Positions 21,988-29,077 of a stretch of 32,000 nt of DNA are shown piece by piece. The DNA comes from Candidatus Saccharimonadota bacterium. GTDB taxonomy: Bacteria > Patescibacteriota > Gracilibacteria > UBA1369 > 2-02-FULL-48-14. The stretch covers positions 1,200,001-1,232,000 of the forward strand of contig CP064962.1 in assembly GCA_016699145.1 (NCBI GenBank), read 5' to 3'. Each line of letters begins with the position of its first letter. Within the stretch, counting starts at the first letter, position 1. The notes under the pieces were generated by a model. The model was not told the origin of the DNA. It saw only the letters and a list, made by a program, of their open reading frames with translations, and searched no databases. Position numbers and translations under genes: made by a program.

Positions 21988-24198
21988 ATGGATAAGAAAA
22001 CCGTTAAAGCGGACCTTGCCGGCCGCAACTTAAGCTTAGAAACAGGCAAATTCGCGCTCCAAGCCGATGGAGCCGTCACCATTCAATATGGTGAAAGCAT
22101 TGTGCTTTGCAGCGCGATGATGTCCGAAAAAGGCAAGGAAGGAGCCGATTTCTTCCCGATGACCATCGATTACCAAGAGCGTTTCTTCGCTGCCGGTAAA
22201 ATCAAAGGATCTCGTTTCATGAAGCGCGATGGACGCGCCACCGACGAAGCCGTTTTGAAGGCTCGTCAAATCGACCGTCCCATCCGCCCTATGTTCCCCA
22301 AAGGGATAACCAATGAAGTCCAAGGAATCGCGATGGTGCTCTCCGCCGATCTCGAAAACGAATGTGGCGTTTTGGCCCTCACCGGTATGTCCGCTGCCAT
22401 GATGGTGGCTGGTTTGCCTTTCGCAGGTCCTCTCGCCGGAGTTCGCATCGGAATGAAGGACGGACAATTCATCGTCTTCCCAAGTATTGAACAAACGACC
22501 ACTGGAGACCTCGACCTCGTTGTCGCAGGAACCCTAGACGCCATCACGATGGTGGAAGCCGGAGCCAACGAAGTGACCGAAGACAAGATGCTCGAAGCTC
22601 TCGAGCTCGCTCACTCTGTGATCAAGCAAATCTGCCAACTTCAAATCGATCTCGTAGCTCAAGTGAAGCCTGTCGCTCGCACCTACGACTACGCCAAGCC
22701 TTCGGATGAAATCCTCGCCCTCGTGGCAGGAGTGGTTTCTGCCGAAGAACTCGACAGTGTTCGTGGAGTAGGAAAGGCAGCCATCAAGAATGCCGTACAC
22801 GTTTTGCAAGACAAGGTGGTCACCCACTTTGCCGCTGAAATCGAAGCTGAAACGCAAAGCGCTGGCGCTCTCAAAGAAGCCCTTCAAAAGCTCATCGACG
22901 AAAACCTCCGTAAGAATATTCTTGAAAAAGATCTTCGTATCGACGGTCGTACCCTCGACGAAGTTCGTCCCATCGCGTGTGAAGTGGGCATCATCCCAAG
23001 AACACACGGATCCGGACTCTTCCAACGTGGAGAAACTCAAGTGCTCACCTTGACCACCCTTGGTGCTCCGGGCGACGCTCAGATCCTCGACAGCATGGAA
23101 ATGGACATCGAAAAGCGTTACATCCACTACTACGACTTTCCACCTTTCTCTACGGGAGACTTGAAGCCTCAACGTGGACCTTCTCGCCGAGAAATCGGAC
23201 ACGGAGCTCTCGCGGAGCGCGCTCTCAAGCCGATGATCCCTGCCAAGGAAGATTTCCCTTACACCATCATGGTCGTATCCGAAACGCTGACCTGTAATGG
23301 ATCCAGCTCCATGGGATCCGTCTGTGGATCAACGCTGTCCTTGATGGACGCTGGAGTACCGCTCAAGAAGCCGGTTTCCGCTGTGGCCATGGGACTCGTA
23401 TGCAGCAAGGAATTCAAAGAGACCGGAACGGGAACCTACAAGATTTTGACTGACATCCAGTCCTTCGAAGACTTCGCAGGGGACATGGACTTCAAAGTCG
23501 CCGGAACCAACGACGGGATCACCGCTCTTCAAATGGACATCAAGGTGAAGGGAATCACCACCGCCATGATGAAAGAAGCGATGGCCAAAGGAAAAGTGGC
23601 TCGTGACTCTATTATGAAGGACATGCTCTCTGTCTTGCCTGAACCTCGCAAAGAGCTCAGCAAGTACGCCCCCATCATCACTAAGATTCAAATCAACCCT
23701 GATTACATCCGCGATGTGATTGGTAAAGGAGGAGAAACCATCCAAAAAATCACCGCTGAATGTGGGGTAGAAATGGACATTGAACAAACCGGTCTCGTCA
23801 TCATCACTGCTCCCAACAAGGAAGCGTCTGACAAGGCTGAAAAATGGGTCCGCTCCATTGTTTACGAACCCACCGTGGGTGAAGAATTCGACGGAACCGT
23901 GGTGTCCATCATGGACTTCGGAGCCTTCGTGGAATTCGTTCCCGGCAAAGACGGTCTCGTGCACATCAGCATGCTCCGCCCTTGGCGCGTGAATAAAGTT
24001 TCCGATGTGGTACAACTTGGCGACAAGGTTCACGTCAAATTGGTGAAGATTGATGAGCAAGGTCGTTTCAACCTCTCTATGAAGGAGTTTTATAAGGATG
24101 AAAACCCTCAAGGACCCGCTCCGATGCCAGGCGCCCCCATGGGTGGACCTGCCCCCAAACCCGGGCAGCTCGATACGAGTATTGACGGAGGTTTCTAG
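21988..24198 (+). CDS. pnp: polyribonucleotide nucleotidyltransferase (PNPase)
   Basis: Two RNase PH-like domains (FFPMTIDYQERFFAAGKIKGSRFMKRDGRATDEAVLKARQIDRPIRPMF; RIDGRTLDEVRPI...), followed by KH (VIGKGGETIQKI) and S1 (GTVVSIMDFGAFVEFVPGKDGLVHIS) domains. It follows rpsO, as is usual. Confidence 0.97.
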   Translation: MDKKTVKADLAGRNLSLETGKFALQADGAVTIQYGESIVLCSAMMSEKGKEGADFFPMTIDYQERFFAAGKIKGSRFMKRDGRATDEAVLKARQIDRPIRPMFPKGITNEVQGIAMVLSADLENECGVLALTGMSAAMMVAGLPFAGPLAGVRIGMKDGQFIVFPSIEQTTTGDLDLVVAGTLDAITMVEAGANEVTEDKMLEALELAHSVIKQICQLQIDLVAQVKPVARTYDYAKPSDEILALVAGVVSAEELDSVRGVGKAAIKNAVHVLQDKVVTHFAAEIEAETQSAGALKEALQKLIDENLRKNILEKDLRIDGRTLDEVRPIACEVGIIPRTHGSGLFQRGETQVLTLTTLGAPGDAQILDSMEMDIEKRYIHYYDFPPFSTGDLKPQRGPSRREIGHGALAERALKPMIPAKEDFPYTIMVVSETLTCNGSSSMGSVCGSTLSLMDAGVPLKKPVSAVAMGLVCSKEFKETGTGTYKILTDIQSFEDFAGDMDFKVAGTNDGITALQMDIKVKGITTAMMKEAMAKGKVARDSIMKDMLSVLPEPRKELSKYAPIITKIQINPDYIRDVIGKGGETIQKITAECGVEMDIEQTGLVIITAPNKEASDKAEKWVRSIVYEPTVGEEFDGTVVSIMDFGAFVEFVPGKDGLVHISMLRPWRVNKVSDVVQLGDKVHVKLVKIDEQGRFNLSMKEFYKDENPQGPAPMPGAPMGGPAPKPGQLDTSIDGGF

Positions 24199-24476
24199 AG
24201 CCCAAGTTCGTATAAATCTTTAAGCCGAGGGCCAGGCAAGGGTGCGTGGCCCTTTTGCTTACGTTCCATCTCCTTTTTTCCCAGCCAGTGATTGAACATG
24301 ATAGCCAAATCCTGATCACCAATACAAAAACCCACTCCCCGTTGGCTTACAAAAGCTTTCAAAAAGACCTTAATAAGAGGACTGAGGCCGATGCCAAATT
24401 GCCCTTCACATTTTTCTTTAGCCTGATGGTAAAGATCTGGGTTCATCCGGACGGTCAGTTGGATTTGCTTGTTCAT
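24195..24476 (-). CDS. RelB/DinJ-like ribbon-helix-helix antitoxin-type protein (93 aa), no partner toxin gene visible
   Basis: From ATG 24476: MNKQIQLTVRMNPDLYHQAKEKCEGQFGIGLSPLIKVFLKAFVSQRGVGF. This matches the DinJ/RelB pattern: a beta-strand, the xxLKxxA helix, G-(L/I)-(S/T)-x-S and ...PF. The upstream part of the track ORF (to 24704) runs antisense through the tRNA gene and is discarded. Confidence 0.4.
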   Translation of the reverse strand: MNKQIQLTVRMNPDLYHQAKEKCEGQFGIGLSPLIKVFLKAFVSQRGVGFCIGDQDLAIMFNHWLGKKEMERKQKGHAPLPGPRLKDLYELGL

Positions 24477-24567
24477 GGGAAGGGGTAAAGTGCACTCACA
24501 GAATATACAGCAAAAAGACAGCAAATTTGAGAGTGACTTTTTCATGGACCCAAAAAAGGCTTGCCTC

Positions 24568-24595
24568 TTGATTCCACTCCAACTTTTGATACACT
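24568..24595 (+). promoter_or_regulatory. candidate promoter for tRNA-Gly
   Basis: TTGATT (24568-24573), a 16-nt spacer, then TGaTACACT (extended -10, hexamer at 24590-24595). The predicted TSS is about 8 nt before the mature tRNA 5' end. Confidence 0.35.
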
Positions 24596-24610
24596 CTTTC
24601 CGCAACAACT

Positions 24611-24685
24611 GCAGGTATCGTATAGCGGCTATTATGCCACCTTGCCAAGGTGGAGATGCGGGTTCGACTCCCGCTACTTGCTCCA
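24611..24685 (+). tRNA. tRNA-Gly (anticodon GCC), with encoded CCA
   Basis: Hand-folded cloverleaf:
- Acceptor stem GCAGGTA/TACTTGC (one G-T pair).
- Anticodon stem CCACC/GGTGG with loop TTGCCAA, giving anticodon GCC.
- T arm GCGGG-TTCGACT-CCCGC.
- Discriminator T, then CCA at 24683-24685. Confidence 0.93.
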
Positions 24686-24724
24686 AAAGAGCTTTGATCA
24701 TCACAACGTGGTGGGCAAAGCAGC

Positions 24725-24753
24725 TTTACTGGATGCAAAAATCCTTTTAGAAT
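24725..24753 (+). promoter_or_regulatory. candidate promoter for the response regulator / synthase / kinase operon
   Basis: TTTACT (24725-24730), a 17-nt spacer, then TAGAAT (24748-24753), 23 nt before ATG 24777. Confidence 0.4.
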
Positions 24754-24776
24754 GAAAGTATCGCTTGAGAAATTTT

Positions 24777-25454
24777 ATGAAAATCCTACTTGTCGAAGAT
24801 GAAAAACAAATCGCAGACTTTATTGTAGACGTTCTGACGAAAGAAGGTCATTCTACAACAGTTTCAGATTCCATCGATGCGGTTCTTAAAAACAAGTGGG
24901 CCTCTCATCATGACGTGATTGTACTGGACCTCATGCTGGCAGAGGGAAAACGGGGCGAAGAATTGGTGAGAGCCTTACGTAAAAATAAAACGACCATCCC
25001 AATCTTGGTTTTGAGTGCCTTGGGACAAATTTCCTCCAAAGTGGAGCTGATCAATATGGGTGCGGACGATTACATGACCAAACCCTTCGATGTCCAAGAA
25101 TTTTTAGCTCGACTCAACGCTCTGTATCGCCGTCACTTGGAAAAACAGTCGAATGCGCTCGCTACTTATGGAGACATCCGCTTCCATTGGAAACAAGGCA
25201 AAGTGATCCGTGCGGGCCACGAAATTCAACTCACCAAAAAAGAATCGGACTTGCTTCAATTTTTACTGGAACGCAAAGGGGAAGTGGTGTCATTTGAAAA
25301 CATTTTAATGCGAGTGTGGCGAGCCAAAGTGGGCTATCATTCCAATGTGGTGCAAGCCGTGGTCCGCCGCCTGCGTAAAAAACTGGACACCGGCTTCAAG
25401 CATGAATTAATCCACAACGCTCATGGCGTGGGCTATATACTAAAGATAGAATAA
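24777..25454 (+). CDS. OmpR/PhoB-family DNA-binding response regulator
   Basis: Receiver domain: MKILLVEDE, VIVLDLMLAEG (phospho-acceptor Asp), LVLSA, GADDYMTKPF. C-terminal winged helix: LTKKESDLLQFLLERKGEVVSFENIL...VVQAVVRRLRKKL...IHNAHGVGYIL. I prefer ATG 24777 over the track's TTG 24765. Confidence 0.9.
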   Translation: MKILLVEDEKQIADFIVDVLTKEGHSTTVSDSIDAVLKNKWASHHDVIVLDLMLAEGKRGEELVRALRKNKTTIPILVLSALGQISSKVELINMGADDYMTKPFDVQEFLARLNALYRRHLEKQSNALATYGDIRFHWKQGKVIRAGHEIQLTKKESDLLQFLLERKGEVVSFENILMRVWRAKVGYHSNVVQAVVRRLRKKLDTGFKHELIHNAHGVGYILKIE

Positions 25455-25471
25455 CCATTAATATAAATCCT

Positions 25472-26881
25472 ATGGAAGATCCTCATCATGGCGATCTAGA
25501 TGAAGATATAATACCAACAGCTTTTGAAGCACGAGCTCGGGAGTCTATTGTTGAATACAATAAACGTGTAGAAGGAAATTTGAGGTATAAATTCCTTTCA
25601 CCTCCAGGTTCATACCGATACAAATTTGACGACAACGATTACATAGGTTTTAGACTCAAAAGACGTGAAATTCGTCGCAAACTTCTACAGTTAAATCAAG
25701 AGGATGATGAATCACAATCGCCCTTATTTAAACCAGATGCAACCATTGAAGGCGAAATAGCAAAATACATGGGTTTTAAAAGAGGCATCCCTGTTGTAAA
25801 TGGAACAGCTGCAAATCGTTTAGTGATCGATCACTTGTTTCAATTGGCCTGTGGAAAGGACAAATTCGGTAAGATCCAATCTGATCCTGCTGCCTTATAT
25901 GTCGTGGCTCCACGTGAAATACACACCTCTTTGAGACACCCTCTGAATTTGCTGGGTGTAAACATTCATAACATCGGTGACCATAACAATTTCCAAAGGA
26001 TAAGACGAACTTTGGAAGAAACTCCAACAGAAAAAAAATTCAGGGTGCTTATTTTGGAAGCCATTTATAGCGGTAGAGGTTTGACGTATACAGAGGAAGA
26101 AATGCAAGAAATGAAAGGAATTCTCATCTTGGCAAAAGAGAAAGGATTTTGTGTGGTGGTTGACATGTCCCACGATGCTTTTCTTTTAGGTACCAACCTA
26201 TTTCACAAACATGGGCTCACACAATATATCGACATCGCTACCATCAGCGGTTCAAAGGCAAAAGGAGGAGGACATGCACTTCTCCTTTTAAATGATAATG
26301 ACAAAACCTTACGTGAATCTTTTTCAGGCGACCCTTCTTATGTTTTTTCTTCCGCTCCAGATAGAGAGGAGTCCATGATCGACGAAGAACTTCTCGGCTT
26401 TCATAGTCTACATGGTGAAGCCCGAGGGAAAGTGGCCCTAGCTACAGCCAATGACTTAGCCCGGGTACTGAATGAAAGGAACTTATCCACATCTTGGGCA
26501 CCCAGCCCCTCAGTAACAGTAACTTCGTCCATCGTTTTTTTACCAATAGGGTCACCTTCATCAGCCTTTTTTGCTAGAGATGTCCTAGCAAAGCTGGGTA
26601 TTAAAGTAGCTGTATTCATTCCACCAGGAGTACCTGGCGTAGTGAGCGGCTTAAGATTTTCAGCTTCCTATTCAGAAGACCCTGCTTCTAGTGTAGATGC
26701 TGTAGCTAATGCAGTTGAAACAGTCATTGATTGTGTGGGGAAAAACATCCAACTTGCACTCCAGTATTCTGACCCCAAAGAAAGGGTGTTAGATAGAAAA
26801 CTATATGAAGCAATCCTTTCTAGGGGCATACCGATGCCTAAGCCCTTACGAATTCAAGGTGGAGTTGTATATTTCCATTAA
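25472..26881 (+). CDS. alpha-oxoamine synthase family PLP-dependent acyltransferase (BioF/Kbl/SPT/CqsA-LqsA superfamily), subfamily unresolved
   Basis: Colinear family motifs:
- KFDDNDYIGF (family pattern fxsNDYLGL)
- IEGEIAKYMGFKRGIPVVNGTAAN (LExxlAxfxg...sGxxAN)
- EIHTSL (HaS)
- IGDHNNF (f-HnD)
- RVLILEAIYSGRG
- FCVVVDMSHDAFLLG (vDeAHxxGxxG)
- IDIATISGSKAKGGG (Schiff-base Lys in the SK motif)
- IVFLPIGS...KVAVFIPPGVPGVVSGLRFSAS (pPtVPxgxarlRi)
The gene lies 17 nt after the regulator gene and 3 nt before the kinase gene. Confidence 0.8.
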   Translation: MEDPHHGDLDEDIIPTAFEARARESIVEYNKRVEGNLRYKFLSPPGSYRYKFDDNDYIGFRLKRREIRRKLLQLNQEDDESQSPLFKPDATIEGEIAKYMGFKRGIPVVNGTAANRLVIDHLFQLACGKDKFGKIQSDPAALYVVAPREIHTSLRHPLNLLGVNIHNIGDHNNFQRIRRTLEETPTEKKFRVLILEAIYSGRGLTYTEEEMQEMKGILILAKEKGFCVVVDMSHDAFLLGTNLFHKHGLTQYIDIATISGSKAKGGGHALLLLNDNDKTLRESFSGDPSYVFSSAPDREESMIDEELLGFHSLHGEARGKVALATANDLARVLNERNLSTSWAPSPSVTVTSSIVFLPIGSPSSAFFARDVLAKLGIKVAVFIPPGVPGVVSGLRFSASYSEDPASSVDAVANAVETVIDCVGKNIQLALQYSDPKERVLDRKLYEAILSRGIPMPKPLRIQGGVVYFH

Positions 26882-26884
26882 AAA

Positions 26885-28981
26885 ATGTCCCTCACTTATC
26901 AAATTCTTGCGTTAAATGCCTTTCTGAATGGTTTGACAGGCATAATAGCTATGTTTTTGGTGCATAAACAAAACCCAAAAAGTCCCATCAATCGTACCTT
27001 ATCAGTTTTTTATTTTTTTGGAGCAATATGGGCCTTGGGATTTTTCTTCCCTTTCACTCAAGACAGCAGAACGCTCACCCTCTTTTCCTTTCAAATATTG
27101 CATGTGGGAGCCCTGTTTTTAACAGTATCTCACCTGCATTTCATTTGTGCTTTTTTAAACATTTATCACGAAAAAAGAACCTTAATCATTTCAGGTTATG
27201 TGTTCAACCTGTTGATCTTGCCTTTTGTTTTCACCCCTCTCTTCATTGAAGACGTCGTCCCTAAAGGCCAGCTTGTCTATTATCCTGATCCGGGAATCCT
27301 TTATCACATTTGGTTGACGGGTTGGACATTTTTGATCGTCCATTCACTGTATTTGTCCATAACCCACTACGGAAAAACCACGGGCATTAAAAAGCTTCAA
27401 CTCTATTACATCATCATCGCCGATATTTTGGCCTTCAGTTTCGGGTCCACAAGCTTTTTATTGGCTTATAATATCAATTTTCCCCCTTATCTCACTTTCA
27501 TTTCATCCATCCATACGGTCATATTGGCCTATATTGTTCTTCGCTACCGCTTTCTAGACTTCAAAGTGACTTTTTCCAATTGGGGAAAGAGTGTGGTGGC
27601 TTACTTTTTTGCCACCCTTATCGCGATTTTTGTTTTAATGCTGGGGGAGGGATTGCCCCTGGGCCTCCACGTATTTCTTATTTCCACCCTCTATCTCTTC
27701 AGTTACCTAAGGATTCGATCCTATTTTGACAGCTCTCATTTTTATAAAATATTTCAGCTCACCAACACCGTTCATCTTAAAAACGTAGTGAACAATTTTA
27801 TTGCTCAAAACCACTTTTATGAAAATTTAGGACAACTGCAAAGCGACCTGAGGAAAATATTTCGCAATCAATTCCAAATCGCTTCCGTAAAAGTCGTGCT
27901 CCTAAGTTCCAAAACAGAAGAATATCCCCATCTTGAAAAACATTTCAACAAGTACAAAGGCTTTTTGGTCACTAAAGAAGTCCTTTTTCGAAGTGAAACT
28001 CAAAAACACACACCGCCTTTTTACGAAGAACTGCTTTCTTTGGGGGAACTGTGTTTTCCTCTCTATAAAAGCAATCGAAATTTGATTGGATTCTTGACCT
28101 TTGGGAAAAAGCCTTTCGATGAAGTGTATACCGAAACGGAGCTGCAAATCCTACAAGGCGCCGCGCATTACATCAGTTTATTGCTCTCAGCCATTTTATA
28201 CAACGTGCACTTGCAAAGTGAAATCAAGGTGAAAACACAAAAATTGCTGGAGCAAAACAAAGAGATTAAAAAGCTCTACGAGCTCGAAAAAGAAACCAGC
28301 GCGGTTCTGAGTCATGAACTGAAAACGCCCATCGTCATCTTAAGCAACACCCATTGGTCTCTCGTCAAATACCTGGAGGGACACCAGGCTCAACTGGGCC
28401 CGGCTTTGTCTTCCTTGCAAAAGTTTTCTAAAGAGATGAAAGAGGCCATACAGCGCATGAACACCATGGCCAATTCCATCTTTCACTTGCGCGAGGTGGA
28501 GTATCAATTGTCTTTGGACTTGCAAAAACTGGACTGGCCCACTCAATTGGATCAACTTTTGCATCACATCGAAAACTTGGCTTCCAAGAAAAACCTGAAA
28601 TTCTCTGCTCATTTTGACCTTAAAAAAGGCACTTTTTACGCCGCCTCGGCTCAATTTGAACAGGTGCTCACCATTTTGCTCGACAACGCGGTAAAATACA
28701 CCCCCCAGGGTTCTATAAAACTCAGTGTGTCCCAAAAGGAAAAAACCCTACTCGCCGAAGTCACCGACACAGGCCCGGGCATCGCTCCACAAATACGCAA
28801 AAACCTTTTTAAACGCTTTTTCCGTGGGCCTCACGGTCGTCAAGTGGAGGGCTTGGGCATCGGTCTTTACATGGCCAAAAAAATCATGGATCAGATTGGA
28901 GGGAGCATTTCCGTTCAAGAAAATCCAAAAAAACAAGGGGTCACTTTCCGCCTGGAATTGCCCATCCACACAAGGTTTTGA
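26885..28981 (+). CDS. sensor histidine kinase with a large N-terminal multi-TM (7TM-type) sensor region
   Basis: - About 9 hydrophobic helices in residues 1-275, with only short loops.
- A cytoplasmic linker, possibly GAF-like.
- H-box SAVLSHELKTPIVIL.
- N box LLDNAVKYTP, G1 VTDTGPGI, G2 GLGIGLYMAKKI.
No receiver domain, so it is not a hybrid kinase. Confidence 0.9.
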   Translation: MSLTYQILALNAFLNGLTGIIAMFLVHKQNPKSPINRTLSVFYFFGAIWALGFFFPFTQDSRTLTLFSFQILHVGALFLTVSHLHFICAFLNIYHEKRTLIISGYVFNLLILPFVFTPLFIEDVVPKGQLVYYPDPGILYHIWLTGWTFLIVHSLYLSITHYGKTTGIKKLQLYYIIIADILAFSFGSTSFLLAYNINFPPYLTFISSIHTVILAYIVLRYRFLDFKVTFSNWGKSVVAYFFATLIAIFVLMLGEGLPLGLHVFLISTLYLFSYLRIRSYFDSSHFYKIFQLTNTVHLKNVVNNFIAQNHFYENLGQLQSDLRKIFRNQFQIASVKVVLLSSKTEEYPHLEKHFNKYKGFLVTKEVLFRSETQKHTPPFYEELLSLGELCFPLYKSNRNLIGFLTFGKKPFDEVYTETELQILQGAAHYISLLLSAILYNVHLQSEIKVKTQKLLEQNKEIKKLYELEKETSAVLSHELKTPIVILSNTHWSLVKYLEGHQAQLGPALSSLQKFSKEMKEAIQRMNTMANSIFHLREVEYQLSLDLQKLDWPTQLDQLLHHIENLASKKNLKFSAHFDLKKGTFYAASAQFEQVLTILLDNAVKYTPQGSIKLSVSQKEKTLLAEVTDTGPGIAPQIRKNLFKRFFRGPHGRQVEGLGIGLYMAKKIMDQIGGSISVQENPKKQGVTFRLELPIHTRF

Positions 28982-29043
28982 CAAACGGTCAAAAAATATC
29001 TTAGTTTTTTTTGTCATTAATTTGTCACGCATCAATTTTCTTT

Positions 29044-29071
29044 TTGTTATACCTTTTGCACGACATTTAAT
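29044..29071 (+). promoter_or_regulatory. candidate leaderless promoter for the sigma-r4/HARE-HTH gene
   Basis: TTGTTA (29044-29049), a 16-nt spacer, TTTAAT (29066-29071), exactly 6 nt (cacagt), then ATG 29078. Confidence 0.35.
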
Positions 29072-29077
29072 CACAGT

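Noticed and set aside
22036-24111. Minus-strand ORFs of 152, 106, 222 and 260 aa antisense to pnp
   Set aside because: They fall entirely within the PNPase coding sequence. Their composition is biased (Val/Phe/His/Asp-rich mirror of the sense codons) and they contain no motifs, so they are shadow ORFs.
24477-24704. Upstream part of the 169-aa minus-strand ORF, and the 80-, 93- and 64-aa ORFs around 24469-24755
   Set aside because: They run through or antisense to the hand-folded tRNA-Gly gene (24611-24685) and its promoter region. Only the RHH-like distal part from ATG 24476 has protein-like features.
28976-28994. Hairpin TTTTGAC-aaacg-GTCAAAA spanning the kinase stop codon, considered as a terminator
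   Set aside because: The 7-bp stem is AT-rich (2 G-C pairs). The nearest T-run (29004-29012) starts about 10 nt after the stem rather than adjoining it. This is too weak to call an intrinsic terminator.
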